From contig CDMY01000293.1 in NCBI GenBank assembly GCA_001179505.1, forward strand, positions 62,001 through 126,000: a stretch of 64,000 nucleotides of DNA, in the 5' to 3' direction. The DNA comes from Vitrella brassicaformis CCMP3155. Taxonomy: Eukaryota > Protista > Chromerida. The first letter of the stretch is position 1; every line of letters begins with the position of its first letter. Below are positions 12,567 through 24,079 of this stretch, piece by piece. The notes under the pieces are model-generated. The model made no database searches, had not been told where the DNA came from, and worked only from the letters and a program-made list of their open reading frames with translations. The translations under genes and the position numbers were made by a program.

Positions 12567-12867
12567 NNNNNNNNNNNNNNNNNNNNNNNNNNNNNNNNNN
12601 NNNNNNNNNNNNNNNNNNNNNNNNNNNNNNNNNNNNNNNNNNNNNNNNNNNNNNNNNNNNNNNNNNNNNNNNNNNNNNNNNNNNNNNNNNNNNNNNNNNN
12701 NNNNNNNNNNNNNNNNNNNNNNNNNNNNNNNNNNNNNNNNNNNNNNNNNNNNNNNNNNNNNNNNNNNNNNNNNNNNNNNNNNNNNNNNNNNNNNNNNNNN
12801 NNNNNNNNNNNNNNNNNNNNNNNNNNNNNNNNNNNNNNNNNNNNNNNNNNNNNNNNNNNNNNNNNNG
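12567..12867. other. Scaffold gap (N run) flanked by poly-G tracts
   Basis: ~300 N with G homopolymers on both sides; other gaps at ~14385-14685, ~20568-20867, ~31760-32059 and ~39766-40065. Confidence 0.95.
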
Positions 12868-13018
12868 GGGGGGGGGGGGGGGGGGGGGAAGACTCGGTGA
12901 GGGATGCGGCAAAGACAGCCCGGGATGAGCCTCGAGGAGCAAAATTGATAAAGACTAATGAAGACAAACAACGCTGGAATGTTTGCTGAAGACAAGAAGG
13001 GAATCGAGAGCTCCCCGC

Positions 13019-13072
13019 GGGAATGCCATTCCGCACGGAATACCATTCCCCGTGGGAATACCATTCCCCGTG
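13019..13072. repeat. Three tandem 18-bp palindromic units (GGAATaccATTCCccgtg)
   Basis: gggaatgccattccgcac / ggaataccattccccgtg / ggaataccattccccgtg; each unit contains the inverted pair GGAAT-N3-ATTCC. Confidence 0.8.
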
Positions 13073-13534
13073 GGAGTACAACAGAAAAATAGCGGATAGA
13101 GGGATTTTTCCCATTTAAGCAGGGTCCCATTTATCACTCATTTATCCGAGGCCCATAGTACACAAGCAAAATGAGCCGCATAAACCAATCCCTCCACAAA
13201 CAGACTGAAATCAGCCATCCAAGAGAGTGAGTGAATTACATACATACATACACAGACAGACCCATCCATTCGAATGGATGGTTTTTCATCGTTCAGGGCC
13301 GTTTTGAGCGGGGAAAAGGATTCAATTTGATGGACGGTGGCTCTGCTTAGTCATTCACGGCGAGAAACCCCGCAGAAAACGGAGAAAACAAACCAATCAC
13401 TCGCTTGTGCGTATGAACCAATCAAACGTCTAAAGCAATCAGCCCTGTATTGATTGCTTTAGGCGATACTTACTGTGCAGGGTGATAGTCTCTGTGTATG
13501 TTTCGAGCATAATTGCGGATTCTCCTATTGCCTG

Positions 13535-13705
13535 TGTGTGCTGGCCGGGGTGGCTCAGGTGGCATGGTCGATGTGCTGGCTGTGTTTTGATTTCGGTTAC
13601 TTCCTCAAGGAGATCGCCGTTGACTTTGGCCTCTGTGCCGTCCTGAACGACAAAAAGACAGAGAGAAGATGGGTGTCTGTGGAGCTCCTACGTGACCATA
13701 AGTCT
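13535..13705 (+). repeat. Dispersed repeat family B, copy 1 (inverted relative to copies 2 and 3)
   Basis: ttcctcaaggagatcgccgttgactttggcctctgtg...gaacgacaaaaagaca...gagctcctacgtg is the reverse complement of 16383-16625 and 22001-22320. Confidence 0.8.
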
Positions 13706-13830
13706 GAATCGAATTTCGGGTTAGAGAGTTGAGAGTTTCGCGCAGAAAAGCCCCTGTTGACGTCGCCACTCCTCCAACGTTCCTCCGCCAACGTTCCCAG
13801 CGTCAGATCTGATAGCTGTACCTTTCAGCC

Positions 13831-15919
13831 ATGCTGTTCTTCTTGGGAATTAGTCTGCCCTTGGTGATTTCCGCTGCTGGCAAGATCTTTATCAACCGCA
13901 CGTCCGCTGAGCACATCATCGTGCCAGGCCGTGCAGCAACAGATAGCGACGCGAGGAGGGCTGTCGTGAGCACCGTCTACGCTCAGGAGCCCGATGACGG
14001 CAATAGCAAAAAGAAGAAATACAAACCGACCCGCAAGGTCAAGTTTGTTCCCGTCGGACCCAACGCAGGTAGGCGCATACACTGCAACGTCGCAGAGGTG
14101 CACATGCATGTATGGGTTCTCCGGCCTTAGGCACCTACTGCGACCCGTATACGCGTCACTACTACCCCAATCTGTGTCCAACCCCCGAGCAACAGCAGGG
14201 CGAGATCCCAAAAGCCGAGTGGGATCCGAAGAGCTTCCCCTCCTCAGCAGGTGAGCATGGGATATCTCGGACGACTGCGCGCCTTCCTGCCGGCGTTCTG
14301 CGACATGACCAGGTCCAACAGCGTACCCCGGTGGCCCGCAGATCACTGGTCTGGAGCACCTGCGACACGGCGACATGGAGGAACNNNNNNNNNNNNNNNN
14401 NNNNNNNNNNNNNNNNNNNNNNNNNNNNNNNNNNNNNNNNNNNNNNNNNNNNNNNNNNNNNNNNNNNNNNNNNNNNNNNNNNNNNNNNNNNNNNNNNNNN
14501 NNNNNNNNNNNNNNNNNNNNNNNNNNNNNNNNNNNNNNNNNNNNNNNNNNNNNNNNNNNNNNNNNNNNNNNNNNNNNNNNNNNNNNNNNNNNNNNNNNNN
14601 NNNNNNNNNNNNNNNNNNNNNNNNNNNNNNNNNNNNNNNNNNNNNNNNNNNNNNNNNNNNNNNNNNNNNNNNNNNNNNNNNNNNGGGGAAGGGGGGTAGC
14701 AAGAGCTTTCTCCAAACGGCGGTCGGGAGGACCGGGAGATACCTTCGTAGACGAGAACAAACATCAGCTACGGCAAGTGAGAAACAGAGCACAGGACCAG
14801 ATAGCAACACATGGATGCAATTGAGTGCGTCGTTTGTCTGTCAGGCGTATTGGCTCCTTCATTCATGCAGATGGACATGTATCACCATCAGTACCAGTAC
14901 CCTGGACAGGTGTGCTCATGAGTCGATAAGATACCCGATGGGCCGTAGGAGGCCTGCACGTTTGGCCTTGCTTGTTGCAGGTTGGGCCCAGCCAGCTGAC
15001 GAAGCAGAAGCCCACTCAGTTTCCCAACCAGTTGCCGGAGCCCAAGGGGGGAGGGGGTTTCCCCGCTGCGTACGGCTATTTCTGGCCGTCCGGATCGCCT
15101 TACGGCGCATACAGCCAATCTGGATATGACCCCAAGACTGGGATCCCATACGGTACGCACCGATGAATGTGTGCACGTCAGCCACTTGACCCATCCGGCG
15201 TCTGCATGCAGATTTGGGCTATGCGTATCAGTATGCCGTGCTCAAGCCCGGCGATCGTCCGGACTTGACTGGCATTCACCCAGGGGAGGAGGGTACCAAG
15301 ACCACCAAATCTAGAGCTGGTCGCTTCGCTGCTGCCGCGGCCAAGTGGACGGGGGGAGGAGACGGGGTGGGATGAAAGAAAGATGCACACAACCACTACC
15401 TATAGGATGATGAGAAGACAGATGCACACAACCACTACCTATGGGCATCAGCATACTTCCTTCTCTTGTTTCGTTCTGTTTTGCCTGCAGCTGATGGGCG
15501 GGCTGACCAAGGGTCTCGGAAAGATAGCAGGCGGGCGGATGCAGGGCGTGGTGCAGTCACTGGCCAGCGACTTCGCCGGCGACCTCCTCTCACAGGCAGG
15601 GGTCGACCAGTTCGGCAGCCTGCTCGGCGGCATGACCGACTCCTTCATGGGCCACTTAGAGGCGGTCGTCAGCCCCGATGGCCTCGCCGGCCACGCGAGC
15701 GAGCAGATCAAGAGCACCATGATCGGACTTGCGGAGGCGGACATGGCCAAAGACAATGCCTTCCCTGCCTTCCAGGACACGCTGTCGAGTGTCCTCGTGG
15801 GCTTCGGGAGGAGCTTGGCCCAGAATTATTTCGGTGAAGAGGGAGGGAACATGGCAACAATACTCACAGAGAAGGTTCCGCAACTGCTGCGGTCAGTCCT
15901 CAAAGACACAAAGGCCTAG
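13831..15919 (+). CDS. Secreted Gly-rich / Tyr-Pro-rich protein, paralog A (interrupted by a gap)
   Basis: MLFFLGISLPLVISAAGK signal peptide; spliced exons GTYCDPYTRHYYPNLCP..., GPTAYPGGPQITGLEHLRHGDMEE, GFPAAYGYFWPSGSPYGAYSQSGYDPKTGIPY and a last exon LMGGLTKGLGKIAGG...VLKDTKA*. Confidence 0.75.
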
Positions 15920-16382
15920 AGTAGACAGCCACTGTGTTGATAGTAGATGGTAGATGTGGAGAGGTTGGTTTGGTCTGCAAAAGGCAGTTGTGTAGGTGTC
16001 TGACTACGTAGTTCACTTCAGACAAATTCTCATTCACTTGAAATTCTACAGTGTGTGTGAATGGTGGACTCAAGGACCTATCAGGCGCTTCACATGCAGA
16101 AGGACGGCGGCGCTCGCTACAACTCGCCGCCTGGCCCTGATGCATCAGCTGAGGCCGGCATGGAGACGTTTGATCGGATTAATGCAATTTGATGCACACA
16201 AATGAATGACCCTCAACAGACCAGCCAGCAGATTGTTGAAAGGGAGGATGCGGGATTGCTTTCACTCGATTTTTTCCACTGAGTGTCCATCGATACGTAC
16301 GTGTCTCACCCCGCTATCATTTTGACGTCTTCCCTTCCTCCGTACACATGAAAGACTCGTGAGAAAAGACCCATCAGTCGAA

Positions 16383-16625
16383 AGACTTATGGCCACGTAG
16401 GAGCTCCACACACACCCATTGCATGAGGGTCATCGGTGGCCCTTTGTCTTTTTGTCGTTCAGGACGACACAGAGGCCAAAGTCAACGGCGATCTCCTTGA
16501 GGAAGTAACGGAAATCAGAACACGGCCAGCACACATCGGCCATGCCACGTGAGCCACCCCGGCCAGCACACACATGCCATAGGCAGGTAGCGAGAGTGAA
16601 TGTTTGGCGTGTCGTGTGTGCTAGT
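16383..16625 (-). repeat. Dispersed repeat family B, copy 2
   Basis: gtctttttgtcgttcaggacgacacagaggccaaagtcaacggcgatctccttgaggaagtaac is the reverse complement of the 13535-13705 copy and has the same orientation as 22001-22320. Confidence 0.8.
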
Positions 16626-17366
16626 GTGTCTCTCCACAGTGTCTCTCCACACACACACGCGTACAGTATTTGTGTGCGTAGCAGTAGAAAGCGGGTGCTG
16701 CATGTCATGGCTCCTTCTGTAGGTGAACACCGGCTTTTCTGTGTAATGATGGGCGGACGCATTGGAAGAAGAACACACGCTCGGTATTATAATGCAATTC
16801 ATTGCACACACAATGCATAATTGGGCAACGTCACGAGCCTTGTTTTCAAGCCTTTCGAGCTCTTCAAGCAGTTGGTTGATTTGAGTGAGCGAGTAACAGG
16901 CTCCCAGGCATCCATCACCTGGTGTGGTGTCCATCGGTGAATACAAAGAGATCAAAAGCCATGCCATCTCTCTCTCTCTCTGTGAAAGTGACACGCGCAC
17001 ACTGCAAACAGCGACCGAAAACCTGTACATGTCAGACTGCGTGAAACCCCGTGTGTGTGTGTGTGTGTGAAGCTCTGTGTGTGTGTGCGTGTATGTATGT
17101 GGCCGTGCGTGCCTCCCGCCCAGAAGAAAAAAGTTGGTGGAGCTACCTAGTCATCAGCTAGCTATCCCCGGTGTGCGGTGTAATGTGCTGGCTGCAGGAA
17201 AGCACACAAACATCAATCACATGATTGTCATTTCATGGCCGGCGTTGCAACCAACATGCCCTGCTCGCCCACCATCTCATGAGCTAGGTCTGGGAACCTA
17301 GCTTTATGGTGCCGAGTAGCACGGGTACTGCACTCGATCCCAAGATTTCTCGATCTTGCGCTCAAT

Positions 17367-18317
17367 CTACAGCCAGACATGCGTACCACGTGTCTTCTTG
17401 TGCGTGCCTCCCTCTCTTACGATCACTGCGACAGTGACGGGGTGCACTGCGCCAAACTTGGCCCCCGCGTCCGTGATAAACTCCAGCGCTTTGTAGATGC
17501 AGAAGCCATCCGCATCGTACACTGTGCAGAGGACCTTGACGATCTGGCCGTTCTCCAGCATGGCGTCGGCAGCATGGCCGCTCTTCAAGTAACACTGGGT
17601 GATTTTATCATACTCCGAGGGGATATAATCTCTGAGTCCAATTTCCCTGCATTCAAGCGCACTCGAGGCTGGGGACCTTCCATGCAGCCCGCGGGCTCCG
17701 CGCAACTTACTTGACGCCGGGCTCGGCCATCTCCTCCGGCTTCACTGCACACACACGGACAGGCCTCTTTCTCTCACGCTGACCTCTCTCTCTCTGACAC
17801 TGACCGTTGTGGTGGCAGGTGCATCCCTTTTCACCTCCCCTGCACCGGCATCCTTGCTCCTCGCCGGGCTCGGTCACCTCCTCCGGCTTCACTGCACGAA
17901 CACGGACAGGCCTCTCTCTCTCTCTCACACTGACCTCTCTCTCTCACACTGACCGTTGTGGTGGCAGCTGCATCCTTTTTCGGTGCACTTGCATGGCAGT
18001 TCGGGGTGTGATACACCCTGAGATGGATTTTCCCTGCATTCAACCGCACATGAGGCTGGGAATTTTTCAGATCTGTGAATATCACTCCGCTTTGCATGGC
18101 TTACTTGACGCCGAACTCTTCTCCTCCTCCGACGGCACAGTTCCCTCCCTCGCAGGCATCTGCATCACCAAACCCAAATCCACCCAGGAATGCATCAGTG
18201 GTGATGCGACGGGGGGAGGTGGGATGTCATTCTCTTACCTATGCTCTTGCCCGTGGATGGTTTGCCCGCCGTCAATGCGCAGAGGGCAATGAAAGGGAAC
18301 GCAGAGGCGAACTTCAT
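17367..18317 (-). CDS. Small secreted Cys/His-rich repeat protein (6 exons, under 200 aa)
   Basis: Spliced model: MKFASAFPFIALCALTAG-KPSTGKSIGNCAVGGGEEFGVK-ENPSQGVSHPELPCKCTEKGCSCHHN-VKPEEVTEPGEEQGCRCRGGEKGCTCHHN-VKPEEMAEPGVK-EIGLRDYIPSEYDKITQCYLKSG...THVWL*; intron phases are consistent at every GT-AG junction. Confidence 0.7.
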
Positions 18318-19264
18318 CGGTGGCCGTCGGAAGGGCAGGATCAGCGGTATCGGGAACGTGTTGACGTGAAACCGTGCATCCTAGCCGCCGTAAACACTTT
18401 CGCCTTTCCTCACAATCAATCAAGAGTGCGACAAGATCTCTTGATCTCATCTGCACATCCATATGTCGCTCAATAGGCGTCAATAGCTCCAGTGCAGCCG
18501 ATGTCTCAAGACGTGGGTGCTGTTACATTAGGCTGCTGCACGGGTGCCTGTGTGTCACAATGAACGTTACTTCCGCATCCCCTCGGCCACAGAGGGGGCT
18601 GTCAAGGAGGCCATTCGAGAGGCCACTATCTGGAGGGACCAAATACGGAGCGTATCGGTTGGGAAGAGACGGACATGTCAGACTACAAGTTCGCCAGCTA
18701 GGAGCAGGCCGGAGAGGTGAAGGCGGCGGTGCACAAGCGTCTGGACTTTTTGCCCCCTAAAGACGAGAAAGGCTGTCCAAATCACGAGAGACACCCCTGA
18801 CGCACAAGTCAGCAGGGCCTACGTTAGTGTGGGCACAGGCACGGTGACCATAGATTCGTCAAAAAATTCTCAGTGTTGTCTGCTGGCAGAGAGGATGTGG
18901 ATGGGGCTATTGAGATGGCTGTTGCGTCTAGGGAGTGGACACGGTTGGTTGGTTGGTTGGTTGGTTATTGTGTTTAACGAGACTTGTGTCTGAAACCCCG
19001 GAACGGGAGGAGGTGCGCTTTGATAAAGCTCGCCGCTCAGAAAGCGCGAGCCCAGGCGATGCTGATGAGTGTGTGGCTATGCGTAGGAGGGCAGGACAGA
19101 GGAGGGCGGGACAGAAGAGGAAGAGGACGTGTCGAAAGTCTGAGTCGAATTTCGGGTTAGAGAGTTGAGAGTTTCGCGCAGAAAAGCCCCTGTTGACGTG
19201 GCTTCCCCAACGTTCCTACGCCAACGTTCCCAGCGTCAGATCTGATAGCTATACCCTTTCAGCC

Positions 19265-21113
19265 ATGCTGTTCTTCTTGGGAATTAGTCTGCCCTTGGTG
19301 ATTTCCGCTGCTGGCAAGATCTTTATCAACCGCACGTCCGCTGAGCACATCATCGTGCCAGGCCGTGCAGCAACAGATAGCGACGCGAGGAGGGCTGTCG
19401 TGAGCACCGTCTACGCTCAGGAGCCCGATGACGGCAATAGCAAAAAGAAGAAATACAAACCGACCCGCAAGGTCAAGTTCGTTCCCGTCGGACCCAACGC
19501 AGGTAGGCACATACACTGCAACGTCGCAGAGGTGCACATGCATGTATGGGTTCTCCGGCCTTAGGCACCTACTGCGACCCGTATACGCGTCACTACTACC
19601 CCAATCTGTGTCCAACCCCCGAGCAACAGCAGGGCGAGATCCCAAAAGCCGAGTGGGATCCGAAGAGCTTCCCCTCCTCAGCAGGTGAGCATGGGATATC
19701 TCGGACGACTGCGCGCCTTCCTGCCGGCGTTCTGCGACATGACCAGGTCCAACAGCGTACCCCGGTGGCCCGCAGATCACTGGTCTGGAGCACCTGCGAC
19801 ACGGCGACATGGAGGAACACATGAGATCCATCAAAACGAAGTGGCTGGGGCCCGGCCTGGGGCAAATCTTCATGAGCAATCTGGTCGAGTCCTCGATGGA
19901 CCTGCTGAACCCCAAAGGCGCCGGCGGCCTGCTTTCCTCGGTAACAAGCGGTCTGGTGGGTGCCGTTGCTAAGGGTGTGGGGCTGGAAAGCGGCAAGATG
20001 GTTGATGCATTCGTGGACAACGCGGGTTCGTTCGGTGGTTTCGTGTTCAATCAGCTGCTGTCGTCTCTGGACCCTGACAACTTGCTCCCAGCCATCGGAG
20101 GCGGCAACATCCGTGACCGACTCGGCTCCCTCTTCGACAGCTTTTTCGGGCCACTGGACAGCGAGGGCAACTATGACTCGCTGAGAGAGAGGGGCGTGCA
20201 GGTCATGATGGCACTCATGCAAAAGGGCGCCCAGGCGGGCGTTAAAGCGCTCAATGACCGCGAGGGCCTCACCAAGAGCATCAAGGGCGTGGCCGGACCG
20301 ATGCTCCTCAAGCTGGCCAAGTCCGCTCTCAGCGGCAAGGGGAAGGGGGGTAGCAAGAGCTTTCTCCAAACGGCGGTCGGGAGGACCGGGAGATACCTTC
20401 GTAGACGAGAACAAACATCAGCTACGGCAAGTGAGAAACAGAGCACAGGACCAGATAGCAACACATGGATGCAATTGAGTGCGTCGTTTGTCTGTCAGGC
20501 GTATTGGCTCCTTCATTCATGCAGATGGACATGTATCACCATCAGTACCAGTACCCTGGACAGGTGTNNNNNNNNNNNNNNNNNNNNNNNNNNNNNNNNN
20601 NNNNNNNNNNNNNNNNNNNNNNNNNNNNNNNNNNNNNNNNNNNNNNNNNNNNNNNNNNNNNNNNNNNNNNNNNNNNNNNNNNNNNNNNNNNNNNNNNNNN
20701 NNNNNNNNNNNNNNNNNNNNNNNNNNNNNNNNNNNNNNNNNNNNNNNNNNNNNNNNNNNNNNNNNNNNNNNNNNNNNNNNNNNNNNNNNNNNNNNNNNNN
20801 NNNNNNNNNNNNNNNNNNNNNNNNNNNNNNNNNNNNNNNNNNNNNNNNNNNNNNNNNNNNNNNNNNNCCCGATGGCCTCGCCGGCCACGCGAGCGAGCAG
20901 ATCAAGAGCACCATGATCGGACTTGCGGAGGCGGACATGGCCAAAGACAATGCCTTCCCTGCCTTCCAGGACACGCTGTCGAGTGTCCTCGTGGGCTTCG
21001 GGAGGAGCTTGGCCCAGAATCATTTCGGTGAAGAGGGAGGGAACATGGCAACAATACTCACAGAGAAGGTTCCGCAACTGCTGCGGTCAGTCCTCAAAGA
21101 CACAAAGGCCTAG
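19265..21113 (+). CDS. Secreted Gly-rich protein, paralog B (near-identical tandem copy of 13831-15919; interrupted by a gap)
   Basis: 19136-21343 matches 13700-16143 apart from a few substitutions (gtcaagttc/gtcaagttt, aggcacatac/aggcgcatac, aatcatttc/aattatttc). It supplies the exon MEEHMRSIKTKWLGPGLGQIFMSNLVESSMDLL... that lies in the gap of copy A. Confidence 0.75.
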
Positions 21114-21512
21114 ATGTAGACAGCCACTGTGTAGATAGTAGATGGTAGATGTGGAGAGGTTGGTTTGGTCTGCAAAAGGCAGTTGTGTAGGTGTCTGACT
21201 ACGTAGTTCAGTAGTTCAGACAAATTCTCATTCACTTGAAATTCTACAGTGTGTGTGAATGGTGGACTCAAGGACCTATCAGGCGCTTCACATGCAGAAG
21301 GACGGCGGCGCTCGCTACAGCTCGCCGCCTGGCCCTGATGCATGCGGATGCCTCACTGCCCTCGTCGACACCGGCAGCCTGGAATCGCAGAAACATGCAG
21401 GCAGAAACATGGACAACGTTCGTTGACTGCTAAAACACTGCAAACAAGCGTGAGACATGAAACTCGACACACACATTCAGGACCCACCTTACGCCACCAA
21501 GTCTCACATCAC

Positions 21513-21830
21513 TGTGCGATTGAGACTTGGTGATGCATGTCATCCATTCATTCATTCTGCATGTGGGTGTGAGTGCCATGGACTGTTGGAGCACATGCAT
21601 CCCATTCCTTGTAATGATTCATGGAGAGGTAACACAGCACGCATGTTTGCTTTGTTTGTCTGCATCGGTCGGGCGGTTGATTGGTCAGTGAGCCACACTG
21701 CCGTGACTGCAAGCTGCTGCCCTCATGCGTCAATATTCATATCATTCTTCCCTCATTCATTCATTCATTCACTCATCCAATCACTTCCTGGCCATTCTCG
21801 ACTCGGTTTTTCGTGAGAAGGTGTTGTTGT
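21513..21830 (-). repeat. Dispersed intergenic repeat family A, copy 2
   Basis: Reverse-complement match to 3541-3862 over ~320 bp. Confidence 0.8.
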
Positions 21831-22000
21831 GCTTCATAAGCTCGACGGACAGATGCTGGCTCCAATGGTTGACGATGCTCTTTGGGAAAGCTATGTTCTC
21901 CTCCATGGGGATGGATGTGTGCTCCGTCTATTTGTCAGGTGAGTGGACCAAGCTTCAGTATTTCGTGCAAGCCGGTGGCACACACGGAGAAGTAAGCTAG

Positions 22001-22320
22001 CCACGTAGGAGCTCTACACACACCCATCGCATGAGGGCTGCATGAGGGTCATCGGTGGTCCTATGTCTTTTTGTCGTTCAGGACGACACAGAGGCCACAG
22101 TCAACGGCCTCCTTCGTGATGCATTTGCCCCAGCGCCTGGCGCCATTCTCCAAATCCTTTCCCGCTGTGATCAGGCAGTTTTCCTGCTTCGGCTGTGCCG
22201 TCAAAACCGAAATCAAAACACAGCCAGCACATCGGCCATGCCACCTGAGCCGCTAATCATGGATGCATTATTGCCAGCACACACAGCAATAGCGAGAGTG
22301 AATGTTTGGTGTGTTGTGTG
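22001..22320 (-). repeat. Dispersed repeat family B, copy 3 (with internal insertions)
   Basis: ccacgtaggagctc...gtctttttgtcgttcaggacgacacagaggcc...agcgagagtgaatgtttgg matches 16395-16620. Confidence 0.75.
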
Positions 22321-22644
22321 AAAACAATTTAAAAAAACATCTTCACGGTCCCGCCGAACCAAGTACCTGCGCTGGCTGGTGTTGTCGCGTCCGATTAGTT
22401 CTCTGTACACACATACAAGCATGGCAACTTAAGGAAGCGTGACAGTTGCTCATGAAACGATCAGCATCAATTGCTTCGACCGTCCGAACAGAACTGGTCC
22501 ACACCCAGCTAGCTACTAAAGGAAGGAAGAGTCACAATATACTACACTACACACACCTGTTGTAAGTCTATCAAAAAGAGGAGCGCTGTTTATCTATCGT
22601 GTGCTGCACGGACGGGCTAAACGGCGGCCGTGTAGTTAGTTGCT

Positions 22645-23241
22645 TCACTTGACGAGTGGCGGGTGTGGCTGAATCAGCCGCATGGCTGTCGAGGCATACA
22701 CGCATAGTCACAAACAGGTGTCGTCGAACAGGCAAACAACAAGTGATTGGCGTGTCGACTCACCCGTTTCGAGGCACCTGTTTTCCTGGTCTTTGAGGTG
22801 ATAGACCCACTTCATCAATCGACGACACTCGGAACGCTTCATCCTGCACACTCAGGCATGCACACATGCATCCTGTCTTTTCTGTCTGTCTGTCTGTCTG
22901 TCTGTCTGTCATTATTCATCTGTCCCCGCTCTATCTACTTGGTTGATTACCGTTCTGACATATCGTCGTCAGCCCAGATTTCCTCCATCCGTTGGACGCA
23001 CTCACTCGCCTCAACAAACCCGTCACCTGCGTCTGCACCACAGGCGCCTGGCCCTCTAGAAGATCACGCTCCTTCTCGCGCAAAATCAATTGCCAGCGGC
23101 GCTTCTGATCGATCGTTCGTTGCAGCCAGCGTGCACTTTGTTCCGTGGTGTGGTGTGGTGTACCTCGGTGACCATGTCTTCGCCATGTTGTGCAGCCAAC
23201 TTGTCGACGTCAGCAACCTGACTCACTCACAGACAGGCGCA

Positions 23242-23274
<33 letters not shown>

Positions 23275-23567
23275 GAAAGAAGGATGCACACTGAACACAC
23301 GTACGAACACATCGTGCACGCGTACTGTCTGACAGGCGAGAAGCCGTGCAAGTCGGCTGGCTTTGTAGCTGTCCGTGACTGCACCCACCTGCCACGCACG
23401 TGCACAGCCGCGTACAAAGGGACATCCATACGCTCAGGTGTCTGTCTGTCTCACCTGGGTCGGAATGTCTGTGCTGTGGAGAAGCGGCGCAGACGGGCGG
23501 GCGCGCCGGTGCTGTAGAAGCACACGTGACATGGTGCTCACGCCAGGCGTCTGCTCAATGAAGCCAT
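22645..23567 (-). CDS. Small multi-exon hypothetical protein with a mitochondrial-presequence-like N-terminus
   Basis: Spliced model MASLSRRLATGAPARLRRFSTAQTFRPRWVQSRTATKPADLHGFSPVADVDKLAAQHGEDMVTEKRRWQLILREKERDLLEGQAPVVQTQEIWADDDMMKRSECRRLMKWVYHLKDQENRCLETAMRLIQPHPPLVK*; Arg/Ser/Ala-rich leader with no acidic residues. Confidence 0.55.
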
Positions 23568-24079
23568 ACGAGTCTTGCGGCGTCATCGCTTCACGCCTCT
23601 GTAACCCAGTACTGGGCTGGTCGCTTTGACACCAGGTGTTACTTTCACATAAGGTGAAGCAGAGCCGATGAAGTGAAAAGTGTATCAGAAGCTGGAGGCA
23701 GGACACGAGCCATCACATGTGTCTCCCCTCACTTCTTTTAAAAGGGCCTCTTTCTCCTTGAATGCCGTGGGGTTCACCGGGATTCACGGACACACACGTT
23801 GCGTGTGTCGGCATTTCACAATGCTGCATGTACTCAAGGCCGTACCCAGGACCCAGGACGTATCGTCGGGTCGTCGATTCATTTATGTCGCAAGCAGGAC
23901 GACAGGCACATGTAGAATCACATCCACATAAACATACATACATACACACATACACACATACACAGACAGGCAGACAGACTCACTCCCGCTGTACAAGATT
24001 CACACCCACACTCCCGCTCCCATATATCAAATTATCACGGAGCAGCCACGTTCGCTCGCCAGCCCCCGTCGCCACCATT

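Noticed and set aside
13019-13072. CRISPR-like array
   Set aside because: The units are directly adjacent with no unique spacers, there are no cas genes, and the context is eukaryotic.
13590-13670. Peptide YFLKEIAVDFGLC.VLNDKK in repeat family B as a transposase remnant
   Set aside because: It is too short, ends in a stop or diverges between copies, and shows no catalytic motif; kept only as a repeat.
12222-14824. Long ORFs containing X runs (also near 20465-21077, 31548-32225 and 39162-40152)
   Set aside because: They are artefacts of reading through N gaps, which contain no stop codons.
19596-20414. 272-aa minus-strand ORF and similar antisense ORFs (e.g. 8912-9385, 48342-49082, 57507-57917)
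   Set aside because: They are shadow frames opposite GC3-rich true exons.
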